Shown here: in pieces, positions 31,001-42,575 of the stretch | How the letters are laid out: each line of letters begins with the position of its first letter | How positions within the stretch are numbered: position 1 is the first letter of the stretch | From: Macrostomum lignano | Taxonomy: Eukaryota | NCBI GenBank assembly: GCA_002269645.1 | Contig: NIVC01003267.1 | Span: 44,158 to 108,157, forward strand | Reading direction: 5' to 3' | DNA length: 64,000 nucleotides | Notes under the pieces: generated by a model | What the model was told of the DNA's origin: nothing | Database searches by the model: none | Seen by the model: the letters and a program-made list of their open reading frames with translations, nothing else | Made by a program: the position numbers and the translations under genes

Positions 31001-31701
31001 CTGGGCTGGCCGCAGCCTCACTAAAGAGTCTTCATCACCCATGCAGTCCGCTTGCATTTCCGCAGCCATGAAACTCCTGCGAGCGAAACCTTATTTGCAA
31101 TATTATTTTTAGCTGCAAAGAAATCCCTGGCTCAGCAGCCCAGCATTGTACCTTCATTGCCAGCATGTATGTCTGCTCTCTGCTCCACCCATCCATTTCC
31201 CTAACTCAGACAGACAGGCAGCTTCCAGGGCAGGTGAGGCAGCATTTTGTTGCCATAGAAACCCGCGTTCTACACTGACGATTGTAATTTCATACCTCTA
31301 CGCTTGTGTGTTACCTCAGCCCAGAGCTGAGCACTGCTCACTCCAGTCCAATCATGGGATGCCAGAGGATGTTAATACTGGGATTTTGCTTAATTAAGCA
31401 TTTTGAGCAAAAAATTTACCCTATAGCTCTTACTAGCAATCAGCGCCCCCCGTTGGGTAGCAAAAAAAGCAGTACAAGTTTTTGAATAAACTAGATGTAG
31501 CGTCTATTTGCAATAACCTCGGAAATCCCTTGTAAGCATTGATATCTCAGTAATTCCCCTCCCACAAGCCTTAACATATCAACTCCCCCCTTTGACATCT
31601 CAGCAATGACCCAAATAAGCCTTGAATTCTTAAAAAATCTCCTGTCATCCTTCCAACCCTAACCCTTATGGATAGTAATGGCATCAGCGTCTCCGGCACT
31701 C

Positions 31702-32677
31702 GTCGAAACATCAAAGTCTCATGTAGAAACATCTAAGTCTCAGGTAGAAACATCAAAGTCTCCTCAGGTAGAAACATCAAAGTCTCAGGTAGAATCATCA
31801 AAGTCTCAGGTAGAAACATCAAAGTCTCAGGTAGAAACATCAAAGTCTCAGGTAGAAACATCAAAGTCTCAGGTAGAAACATCAAAGTCTCAGGTAGAAA
31901 CATCAAAGTCTCAGGTAGAAACATGAAAAGCTCAGGTAGAAACATCAAAGTCTCATGTAGAAACATCAAAGTCTCATGTAGAAACATCAAAGTCTCCTCA
32001 GGTAGAAACATCAAAGTCTCATGTAGAAACATCAAAGTCTCCTCAGGTAGAAACATCAAAGTCTCAGGTAGAAACATCAAAGTCTCAGGTAGAAACATGA
32101 AAAGCTCAGGTAGAAACATCAAAGTCTCATGTAGAAACATCAAAGTCTCATGTAGAAACATCAAAGTCTCCTCAGGTAGAAACATCAAAGTCTCAGGTAG
32201 AAACATCAAAGTCTCAGGTAGAAACATCAAAGTCTCAGGTAGAAACATCAAAGTCTCAGGTAGAAACATGAAAAGCTCAGGTAGAAACATCAAAGTCTCC
32301 TCAGGTAGAAACATCAAAGTCTCATGTAGAAACATCAAAGTCTCCTCAGGTAGAAACATCAAAGTCTCATGTAGAAACATCAAAGTCTCCTCAGGTAGAA
32401 ACATCAAAGTCTCAGGTAGAAACATCAAAGTCTCAGGTAGAAACATCAAAGTCTCAGGTAGAAACATCAAAGTCTCAGGTAGAAACATCAAAGTCTCAGG
32501 TAGAAACATCAAAGTCTCAGGTAGAAACATCAAAGTCTCATGTAGAAACATCAAAGTCTCATGTAGAAACATCAAAGTCTCCTCAGGTAGAAACATCAAA
32601 GTCTCATGTAGAAACATCAAAGTCTCCTCAGGTAGAAACATCAAAGTCTCAGGTAGAAACATCAAAGTCTCAGGTAG
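31702..32677. repeat. 21/24-bp minisatellite AGGTAGAAACATCAAAGTCTC(CTC), ~45 units with variant types
   Basis: Read directly. All units are multiples of 3, which explains the long repetitive ORFs. Confidence 0.97.
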
Positions 32678-32949
32678 ACGACCAATACAAGGTTCAGGTA
32701 TCATGAAGGTGCGAGTACATCAATTTGATTTGATCCCATTAATTTGGGAATTCAAATTGAGGCAGGAAATGCTCGATTTACTTTAAACAAGTTCCTTCTA
32801 TTTTGTCTACGGGCAAATCCATATGGACTGATACAAAACTCGAATCCGAGTTGACACTAAACTGAACCTGTCTCAGGTGTAGCTCGTGTGTACCAGGTAG
32901 TGTGAGTGGCTTACTGCAGTATTCAAAATTACCAATGTGCCCCGCACAG

Positions 32950-35900
32950 CCGGCCCGCCTACGCCTCGGAGGGGACGGACCTGTCCACCCTGACTGTTAC
33001 GGACAGCCGTCCGGAGCGACAGCACCGGCTCCGGGACGACGATGACGACGATGACGGCCAGTTTGAGGCCTCGGCCGACTCTGAGTCGACTCTGTCGGCC
33101 GATGGAGCCGCCAGCTCCGGTGAAGAGGCCATCAGCGGCGGCGCGCCTGGCTGGGACGGCGTCATTAGCGGAGTCCAATCGGGCGTTGCCGAGCGGCGTC
33201 ACCTGATTGAGACTGACCGCACCAGCCTCAGCAGCTCTGACGACTGGGCTGACTGCGTGAGTGCACCGCTACTGACCCCAGGGCAGCGCCATTGACCCCA
33301 CTGACCCTAGGGCACCGCCACTGACCCAATTGACCCCAGGGCACCGCTACTGACCCCAGGGCACCGCCACTGACCCCCACTGACCCTAGGGCACTGCCAC
33401 TGACCCCAAATGACCCTAGGGCACTGCCACTGACCCCAAATGACCCTAGGGCACTGCCACTGACCCCCACTGACCCTAGGGCACTGCCACTGACCCCAAC
33501 TGACCCTATGGCACTGCCACTGACCCCAACTGACCCTAGGGCGCCGCCAATGACCCAACTGACCCTAGGGCGCCGCCAATGACCCCCACTGACCCTAGAG
33601 CGCCGCCAATGACCAAACTGACCCTAGGGCGCCGCCAATGACCAAACTGACCCTAGGGCGCCGCCAATGACCAAACTGACCCTAGGGCGCCGCCAATGAC
33701 CAAACTGACCCTAGGGCACCGCCACCCGCTTCCCACACAGGAATACGAGCTCATCGCGGCCCATCGAGTCAGCGAGCTGTTCGAGCAGATCGACAGCCTG
33801 CTGTACCGCCAAGACTCTGCGAGCTCGGAGGTCGCCCAGCCGCCGGTCGCCAAGACCCAGGAAGAATGCTCAGAATGGCGCTCCGCCTTCCCTCACATGC
33901 GCCTGCGCGGCCGTCAGCTGGCGCCGCCCAGGGAGCCGGGATTCGCGCACCGGGCCGCGCCGCCGCCCAGCTCTGACGATGCAACGCCGCGGCCAGCCGA
34001 GGAACAGGAACTCGCCGAGCAGTCGGACATCGGGTATGCGCCTGCGGCACTTTATATTCATAATTTTAGCACCTGCGTACGTGTGTAGCTTTTTACAGGT
34101 GCTATGCCGCATGCATTTTTAATGATGCTGCTGTTTAGAATGTTGGCCTGTCAATCTGCCAGGCAGCTGGGCATGGCAACGGTTTCGTTATCGACCTGCT
34201 CCCAGCTGCCTCCTCTGCAGCTGAGAACTTTCTCCCTGGAGCTCCCTCATTCCCTGTCTGCCCTGCCCGGCCCAGAAGTCCACACACTTTGGCAAGAGGT
34301 AAATTTAGGGCTATTGTTCTGTTACCCTGTTCTGCTGGGGCGTAGCGCGCGGACCTAAGATTCAATTCTAAAAGCCTCGTTAAGGATTCAAATCCGCCCC
34401 TAAGAATCAATTTAAATCCGCCCCTAAGAATCAATTTAATTCCGCCCCTAAGAATCAATTCAAATCCGCCCCTAAGAATCAATTCAAATCCGCCCCTAAG
34501 AATCAATTCAAATCCGCCCCTAAGAATCAATTCAAATCCGCCCCTAAGAATCAATTCAAATCCGCCCCTAAGAATCAATTTAAATCCGCCCCTAAGAATC
34601 AATTCAAATCCGCCCCTAAGAATCAATTCAAATCCGCCCCTAAGAATCAATTCAAATCCGCCCCTAAGAATCAATTCAAATCCGCCCCTAAGAATCAATT
34701 TAAATCCGCCCCTAAGAATCAATTCAAATCCGCCCCTAAGAATCAATTTAAATCCGCCCCTAAGAATCAATTCAAATCCGCCCCTAAGAATCAATTCAAA
34801 TCCGCCCCTAAGAATCAATTCAAATCCGCCCCTAAGAATAAATTCAAATCCGCGCCGCGCCGCAGGCTGCAGCTGGTCGGCCGCGCCCTCTCCGCCCGGC
34901 GTCCCTCCGTTGATGGGCTGCAGGCTCTGATGCCCGAAAGCGCGGGTCTCGAGGAGCTGCTCGCCCAGGAGGGCTGCGTCGAGGAGGCCATCGCCATCGA
35001 CAACGAAGCCTCAACCGAGGAGCCGCAGCGGCCCCCGCCCCGGCGCAGTCGCTCCGTGGCGGCGCAGCAGCCGGTGACGCCGAGCCTCGCCCTTCGCGAC
35101 GCCGCCCAGTGCGCCTCCTTCGACTCGCTCTGGGCCCGCCTGGTCGGCTGGTCCATGCCGCTGTTCCTCGAGCGGCTCAGGCGGACCCGCCGGTTCACCC
35201 AGCAGCAGCGCACCGCCAGCGGCAACGATGACGATCAGGATGGCGAGGCCGCTGATGATGATGACACCATCGGCAGCGAGGATTACGACGACGAGCCAGC
35301 GGGCCCGCTGCACCGCGGCCTCCTTCATGCTGCCGGTTTCCCCGGCCACCGGCACACCCGACTCGCCGCGGCTGCCGCCAACGCGAACTCGGCCGCCGTT
35401 GCCGCTGCCGCTGATCCGCAACTGGCCGGCGACCTGGCCGGCCTGCTCAGCATCAGCAGCAAGACGCTGCAACAGCGCTCCGAGCCCGCGTTCGCGCCTG
35501 CCGCCGGCCTGGCCGCCGCGGCTCCGGCAGCCACAGCCTCCATCGCCGGCTTTGGTCGCCGGCCGCTCAACCGGCTGGCGCCCGTGGACCGGCCGAAGAC
35601 GCCGCAGCAGCCGCGCTTAACTGTTGGCGGCGGTCAGCAACAGGCACAGCTTCATCACCAGCAGCCCCAGTTGCCGCTGCACCCGCACCATCATCCGCAG
35701 CACGCGGGCCTCTTCGCCGCCTTCACCCGGTCCGGCACTCTGCCGCCGCTGCACGACCGACGCGGGCCGCAGCTGCTGCAGCAGGCCTCGCAGCCTCATC
35801 ACCCCTCTCTGCGGGCTGGCGGCGCAGCCTCGGTTCGGCCCGGCAGCGGCGGACGGCCAGGCGCGTACTCGTCACTGGACTGGCCGACCCCGCCTCCGGG

Positions 35901-37541
35901 CGGCCACTTTAACGGCGTTGGCCGGACCAGCGGGAAGCGCGCCAACTCTGGGCTGCACCACCGACACCGCGGTCTGGACATCCACGGCCGCGCGTTGGCC
36001 GCCGCCGCGACGAACGAGTTGGATGCGCTGTACGAGACCGCGCCTGCGATGCGGACCGCCAACTCCTTGCGTGAGTGCGCTGGAAGGGAAACAGGCGGGT
36101 TCTGGGGCAGGCAGTCATAGAGCAGACAATCTAGGATAGGCAGACACAGGACAGATCAGGGACTACTTAATGGACTCTCAGACACTAAGACGGACAGACA
36201 GCACACACTGAGACAGACAGACACAGGCAGCGCACACTGAGACAGACAGACAGCACACACTGAGACAGACAGACAGCACACACTGAGACAGACAGACACA
36301 GACAGCGCACACTGAGACAGACAGACAGCACACACTGAGACAAACAAGCAGCACACACTGAGACAGACACAGACAGCATACACTGAGACAGACAGACAGC
36401 ACACACTGAGACAGACAGACACAGACAGCGCACACTGAGACAAATAGACAGCATACACTGAGACAGACAGACAGCACACACTGAGACGGACAGACAGCAC
36501 ACACTGAGGCAAACAGGCAGCACACTGAGGCTGGCACAGGCAGCACACACTGAGATAGACAGACAGCACACACTGAGACAGACAGCACACACTGAGACAG
36601 ACAGCACACACTGAGATAGACAGACAGCACACACTGAGACAGACAGCACACACTGAGACAGACAGGCAGCACACACTGAGACGAACACAGACAGCACACA
36701 CTGAGACAGACAGGCAGCACACACTGAGACAGACAGGCAGCACACACTGAGATAGACAGGCAGCACACACTGAGATAGACAGGCAGCACACACTGAGATA
36801 GACAGGCAGCACACACTGAGACAGACAGGCAGCACACACTGAGATAGACAGGCAGCACACAGGCTGGCACAGGCAGCACACACTGAGGCTGGCACAGGCA
36901 GCACACACTGAGGCTGGCACAGGCAGCACACACTGAGATAGATAGGCAGCACACAGGCTGGCACAGGCAGCACACACTGAGATAGACAGGCAGCACACAC
37001 TAAGATAGACAGGCAGCACACAGGCTGGCACAGGCAGCACACAGGCTGGCACAGGCAGCACACACTGAGGCTTGCACAGGCAGCACACAGACTGGCACAG
37101 GCAGCACACACTGAGATAGACAGGCAGCACACACTAAGATAGACAGGCAGCACACAGGCTGGCACAGGCAGCACACAGGCTGGCACAGGCAGCACACACT
37201 GAGGCTTGCACAGGCAGCACACAGACTGGCACAGGCAGCACACACTGAGATAGACAGGCAGCACACAGGCTGGCACAGGCAGCACACAGGCTGGCACAGG
37301 CAGCACACAGGCTGGCACAGGCAGCACACAGGCTGGCACAGGCAGCACACACTGAGACTGGCACAGGCAGCACACACTGAGACTGGCACAGGCAGCACAC
37401 AGACTGGCACAGGTACTTAGCTAAAGTACATTTGCTACAATAAGCTGCCAACGCTATCCTGCCTTCGCAGACCTGGGTCCGGCTACCAGTTCCTACCAGC
37501 AGATGCGGCGCAGCAAGCAGGCCGGTTTAATCCGCAGGTGA
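32950..37541 (+). CDS. FAM149: FAM149 (DUF3719) family protein, 5'-partial: join(32950..33256,33741..34033,34866..36070,37471..37541), ~625 aa
   Basis: W..|[22 protein letters not shown]…[22 protein letters not shown] and [11 protein letters not shown] match recalled FAM149A/B motifs (VQ.MF..IDELLYE, LQEECQQW...FPHLRILGRQI, EEY.AFD). Junctions are in phase (0,2,1). AATAAA at ~37782. The start exon is unresolved. Confidence 0.82.
33270..33720. repeat. ~20-30 bp degenerate minisatellite (ACTGACCCC…ACTGACCCTAGGGCACTGCC) filling FAM149 intron 33257-33740
   Basis: Read directly. Confidence 0.93.
34386..34852. repeat. 24-bp minisatellite AATTCAAATCCGCCCCTAAGAATC, ~19-20 copies, ending ~12 bp before a FAM149 acceptor
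   Basis: Read directly. Confidence 0.97.
36140..37412. repeat. Compound array grading from GACAGACAGCACACACTGA units into GGCTGGCACAGGCAGCACACA units, in FAM149 intron 36071-37470
   Basis: Read directly. Confidence 0.95.
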
Positions 37542-38291
37542 CCTTGGTTTGCGTCAGTTGCTACATAAGCTGTACATACCTGTCCTATGTTGATTGACTG
37601 CCTCAAAATTCTCTGTGCATGCAGCAGGTGCAGCATGTGCGAAACTCTTCCATTCCTTTTGTGCTCTGCTTTGACCCATGCCGGTTCTGCTGAGGCCCAG
37701 CTGATCGTCACGACCTGCGCTGACCTGCAGATGCTTTTTACTCTTCTTGTTCCCTCCAACTGCAGCTGTGTTATGTCGGATGAATAAATGTTTCTTTTCA
37801 TATATTTTTACATAATGCTGATTGGTGAAAGAATTGAAGACAGAAATGCCACTGCTTATGACAGCAATTTGCAGAATTCAGTTTTTTTATAACATTATGA
37901 ATGAACGGTGTTTTGTCAGCTACGGATAGTGTTTAAGCGAAGCTCACTATATACTACTGAATTAACAGCATGCTCGGTGCTAGGATCTACGAGCATAGAT
38001 GCGGTTCTGTACAGCAGGTGCGGTTAGACTGGGTTTTAGGCGCACTAGTTTTGTGAACATGAAAATCAATGGTCTTATTGTGCACAGGACCACAAATTAG
38101 TTCAAGCTTTTATTGAATATCGCAGACAAGCGTGTTAGGGTAGCTTCCATTGCATTTAATGAAGCCTTAAAGTACCTTTTTAGCCAACCTCGGGTCCAGC
38201 AGCTGCTTCCAGCCTTATAACCATTCAGAGTTAAAAAATCGATATGAAAATCTTGATAATAGTTCCAATCATCGCACAAGTCAGCTTGCAT

Positions 38292-39923
38292 CTAGCCAGT
38301 GTGTCCGCAGCGCTTCACAGAGCCGCAGATGGCGCCGACATGCTGCCGGAAGTAGGTGTTCATGCAGCCGTAGATCACAGGGTTCGCGCCGTGGTTGATG
38401 AAGTAAAAGTAGAAAAATGTCTGCCCGAGGACCCGGCGCAGGCCGCGCCAGACAGAGCCGTCAGCTGCTGCCGCGTCCCCACCAGCCGGCGACTGCAGGC
38501 CAGTCGTTGAATTCCACAGTGTCGCAGTCTGCAGAGAGGCGCTGGAATTTCTGCCGGGTCCGTCACCGACAGCCTCGCTCTCGAAGGCGTCGGCGATGGA
38601 GGGCTTGTTGAACACCACCAGGAACGGCAGGTAGGACAGCACGTAGAAAAAGGTGATGACGGCCAGCATCTTTGCTGTCTTTATGTGCGGCTTCTTGCGT
38701 CGGCGCTCGTCCAGGCAGCGGCGGTGGCGTCGTCGGCTGCGGCGGCCGCTGCCCGGGCCTACCGGACGGCGGAGGCCGAACTCGTCCTCCTCGTCGCCGG
38801 CGCAGCCCTCGCAGTCGCTCTCGGCCTGCGGCAGGGCGGTCAGGCTGTGCGACTCGACAGCCGGAGCGCCGCTATTTGCCTCAGCGGCGGAGCCCGAAGC
38901 CGCGGACGCCTCGGCAGCCATGTGGCTCCAGCTGCTGCTCTTGCGCGGCGGCTGTCCATGCTGCGGCACGCTGAGCCGGCTGCGGCCCGCCTCCGTCACC
39001 GCGACAGCCGCGGCTGCATCCAGCGCGGCGTTCGACGCCTCGTTCGCATTGTCCCCAACGCCTCGGCGGGACAGGCGGCGGCGGGAGCGGCCGGACGCGC
39101 TGGCCGTCATTGTTGTCGTCACCATCGACGCAGACACGGCGCTGCCGCTGCGCAGGGCTCGGGAGGCCCGCCGCCAGCGCATCTGACGGCGCCGAACAAA
39201 GGTGAAGATCCGGATGTAGAAGGCCACAACGGTGGCCAGGCTGATGCCGAACAGGCAGCTGAGGGCCAGCTTGAACTGCGCCAGGCGGCCCCGCCCAATC
39301 AGCGAGCTGTCCGATACGCAGCGCTCGCCGTAGACGGCAGCGACCGGCGCAGCCGCGGTGTTCGGAGTCGGCGAGTCCAGCTGGGGGTCCAGCAGCTGCA
39401 GCTGTACGGCTGCTCGGGTGCCGGTGGACAGGCCGACCGGCACGCCGGCCAGGCCGCCCAGCAGCACGGAGACGGCGATCCAGAAGGCGGCGCCGCGCGG
39501 CTGGATCTGCACCGCGGGCACGAAGCAGATGAGCAAGTAGCGGTCTACGGCGATGAGGCAGAGTAGGCAGGCAGAGGCTGGGATCAGGCAGCTGCGCAGC
39601 AGATGCAGCGCCTTGCAGGAGGCGTCGGTGTTGGCTCCGAGCCAGACATCCTGGTAAAGCGTGGCGGGGATGACGAGGCAGCAGACCAGCAGGTCAATGG
39701 TGGCCAGGGCGATGACGTAGACATTGGACGGCCAGTCCTTCAGGGTGCGGCTGAAGAACCCGATGACCAGAGCGTTGCCGGCGGTGCCAGCGGTGGCCAC
39801 GAGCAGCAGGCCGACCGTGATGAAGATGCTGAGCGGCTGGTGATGCTGGGAGTCGCGGTGGGTCCGCAGCAGCTCGCGGATGGCCTCCTCGCCCTGCTGC
39901 TGCGGTGACTGCGAAGGCTCCAT
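38292..39923 (-). CDS. Intronless class A (rhodopsin-like) GPCR, probably peptide-receptor-like orphan, 543 aa
   Basis: Seven hydrophobic segments with TM1 GN, TM2 LATID, TM3 C…AVDRY, TM6 SYLP and TM7 NPVIY. Long ICL3 and ECL3. AATAAA on the minus strand near 38110. Confidence 0.93.
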   Translation of the reverse strand: MEPSQSPQQQGEEAIRELLRTHRDSQHHQPLSIFITVGLLLVATAGTAGNALVIGFFSRTLKDWPSNVYVIALATIDLLVCCLVIPATLYQDVWLGANTDASCKALHLLRSCLIPASACLLCLIAVDRYLLICFVPAVQIQPRGAAFWIAVSVLLGGLAGVPVGLSTGTRAAVQLQLLDPQLDSPTPNTAAAPVAAVYGERCVSDSSLIGRGRLAQFKLALSCLFGISLATVVAFYIRIFTFVRRRQMRWRRASRALRSGSAVSASMVTTTMTASASGRSRRRLSRRGVGDNANEASNAALDAAAAVAVTEAGRSRLSVPQHGQPPRKSSSWSHMAAEASAASGSAAEANSGAPAVESHSLTALPQAESDCEGCAGDEEDEFGLRRPVGPGSGRRSRRRHRRCLDERRRKKPHIKTAKMLAVITFFYVLSYLPFLVVFNKPSIADAFESEAVGDGPGRNSSASLQTATLWNSTTGLQSPAGGDAAAADGSVWRGLRRVLGQTFFYFYFINHGANPVIYGCMNTYFRQHVGAICGSVKRCGHTG

Positions 39924-40077
39924 TGGTTGCTCCCGGAAAGCTGGTCTGAGAGGCGGGACCGGAAATCGGATTTCATTTTGGCAGCCAGGTTGGAATGGGC
40001 ATTTTAAGAAGTGTGGAAGCCAAAAGGGATTTTATGGCTGACTCGGCGTCGAAGCCGAAAAAATATGGAATGGCCTG

Positions 40078-40200
40078 CTGTGACTGTTGGCTGTGACTGT
40101 TAGCTGTGACGTTAGCTGTGACTGTTAGCTGTGACTGTTAGCTGTGACTGTTAGCTGTGAATGTTACTGTGACTGTTAGCTGTGACTGTTAGCTGTGACT
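40078..40200. repeat. 13-bp repeat TGTGACTGTTAGC, ~9 copies, upstream of the GPCR ATG
   Basis: Read directly. Confidence 0.9.
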
Positions 40201-40689
40201 AAGCAGTGAAAAGAGGCGGGGTAGATAAGAGAGTGGGTGATAGGGAGGGTAGACGAGAGAGAAGGAGAGTCAGGGGAAGGCAGTGAAAGGTATGGTTGGC
40301 TCCAGACAGGTTGCAATCGGAGTCGGCGCACTGCCTGCTCAATTAACAAATAATTGAAAGCCGCGCTGACGCAGCAGAAGGCTAAATTTGAATGGCCATC
40401 GGGGACTTCAGTAAGTTGCAAGTTTCTCAAAATGGAAGTGTGATGTTTTTTACATCTCGGGCGACCTGTCACGCTGTGCTCGGTGTGTTCGGTGGGTGGA
40501 GTTCGGCTCAGAGTTGCTACACCTGCGCTGTGCTCGCGGGCTCCGAGCTGCAAATCCGCGGATAAACTTAGAAACTCTCGAGTTTGCCTGCGGCAACTCT
40601 GACTAGCGATGAAGCTGATAACCGATGGGCTCCTGCCTCCGCTTTTCTCAATTCTGCCTCACTTCCCTATGCTTGCCTCGCAGTTCTTC

Positions 40690-40975
40690 ACCTTCACCCC
40701 AGCCTCTCAGTAATACTCGGCTTCATCTCCATCCGCATTTCAGCCTCTCAGTCCTACCTGGCTTCATCTTTACCCTCAGCCTCTTATTCCTACCTGGCTT
40801 CATTTTCATCTTCACCTTCAGCCTCTCAGTCCTACCTGGCTTCATCTTTATCCGTATCTCAGCCTATTAGTCCTACCTGGCTTCATCTTCACCCTCAGTC
40901 TTAGTCCTACCTGGCTTCATTTTCATCTTCAACCTCAGCCTCTCAGTCCTACCTGGCTTCATCTCCATCCCGCAA
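40690..40975. repeat. Degenerate ~36-bp pyrimidine-rich repeat (CTTCATCTTCACCCTCAGCCTCTCAGTCCTACCTGG)
   Basis: CCTACCTGGCTTCAT recurs about six times. Confidence 0.8.
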
Positions 40976-41909
40976 TCAACCTCTCAGGTCTCGATGACGC
41001 AAAGCTGGCCATTTATGGCTAAAAGTTGGCTAAAGAAAGGCACAGCAAGGCAGGCTAAATAAAGGCCTGAGGGGCAAGCAAGAGACAAACAGTGAGTGGA
41101 AAGGCGGACAGAGGACTCGGGGCATTCGGCTAAAAGCTCGAAGCTTCTTGCTAATCACAGGCCGTCTCGAAGCCTCAATGACAGGTTGTTCCCCAGCCTC
41201 GTGATGCACGACTCCGCGCTCAGCCATCATCAGGCCGTCAGGTGGCGTCCCGCATTCTCGCTCACGGCCTGCAGCCTCCCCTGTCCGTCCCGGGGCTTCA
41301 CGCTCCGCTGCCGCTGCCACAGCTGCGACTTCCCGGGGCTGCTCCGTTGGCCCCGCTGTCCTCCGCTCGAATATTGAGACAGGCAGATGAGGCAGCGAGA
41401 GACTCTCAAGAGCCGGGGGTTATGTAGATTCTTCCGCATCCGTGAGCTCTCTTATTCTCATTTTCACGGATCTGCCGGCCCCGAGCTTCCTGCACTCCCA
41501 TCCTCTTTTCCCCGCGGCTTCCTTTTGCATATCTCTGGCTGGTCATCGCTTCCCTGTTAGCCCCGGCAGCCCAGTGAGCTGCTCTACCTTCCTGCTGCGG
41601 TTGCCACATGCATTCTATTCGAGAATTTGGACTGTCTGCTAATACTGTATTAAGCCTCTGTAACTACCACGGCTGTTTGTGGCGGTGCTGAGGTCCGACT
41701 GTCGGCTTTGATGAACTTAAAATAAAAAACGCTCAGACTCTCGCTAAGCCCCTCAGCCGCTCGAGAACCCTGGTGCAGATTAGCAAACCTGTCTGCTTAA
41801 AATTGTTACACTTCAATGATAATCGTGCATGCAATTACTGTTGAAATGTCCTGGCCAGGCCTTTGTTGGAATTCGTTTTGCTCGTAAAGAAACTTCTGTC
41901 GCTGTTAGG

Positions 41910-42575
41910 AACTGAGTCCCGCTGATCCACTCCACTCTGCAACTGAGTCCCGCTGATCCACTGCACTCTGCAACTGAGTCCCGCTGATCCACTCCACCCT
42001 GCAACTGAGTCCCGCTGATCCACTCCACTCTGCAACTGAGTCCCGCTGATCCACTCCACTCTGCAACTGAGTCCCGCTGATCCACTCCACTCTGCAACTG
42101 AGTCCCGCTGATCCACTCTACTCTGCAACTGAGTCCCGCTGATCCACTCTACTCTGCAACTGAGTCCCGCTGATCCACTCCACCCTGCAACTGAGTCCCG
42201 CTGATCCACTCCACTCTGCAACTGAGTCCCGCTGATCCACTCCACTCTGCAACTGAGTCCCGCTGATCCACTGCACTTTGCAACTGAGTCCCGCTGATCC
42301 ACTGCACTCTGCAACTGAGTCCCGCTGATCCACTCCACCCTGCAACTGAGTCCCGCTGATCCACTGCACTCTGCAACTGAGTCCCGCTGATCCACTCCAC
42401 CCTGCAACTGAGTCCCGCTGATCCACTCCACTCTGCAACTGAGTCCCGCTGATCCACTCTACTCTGCAACTGAGTCCCGCTGATCCACTCCACTCTGCAA
42501 CTGAGTCCCGCTGATCCACTCTACTCTGCAACTGAGTCCCGCTGATCCACTGCACTTTGCAACTGAGTCCCGCTG
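41910..42575. repeat. 31-bp minisatellite ACTGAGTCCCGCTGATCCACTCCACTCTGCA, ~21 copies
   Basis: Read directly. Confidence 0.97.

Larger units (their letters stand above)
28995..31071 (+). other. Hypothetical spliced transcript or orphan ORF: join(28995..29053,29221..29369,29856..29996,31016..31071), 134 aa
   Basis: GCCATGG start, donors GTGAGT/GTAAGA/GTGAGA, phase-consistent open frame and AATAAA at 31485. No recognisable homology, and the splice sites were chosen by hand. Confidence 0.2.

Noticed and set aside
31678-32786. Repetitive ORFs (VETSKSQ)n, (GRNIKVS)n and (PETLMFL)n
   Set aside because: They are explained by 21/24-bp units. The only frame with a unique ATG is stopped by a variant unit.
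34221-34298. Possible 78-nt FAM149 cassette exon
   Set aside because: It has an immediate TGA in the required phase 2.
36156-37451. Cys-rich 272-396 aa ORFs (metallothionein or keratin-associated look)
   Set aside because: They are antisense translations of an intronic AC-rich array, open in all three frames.
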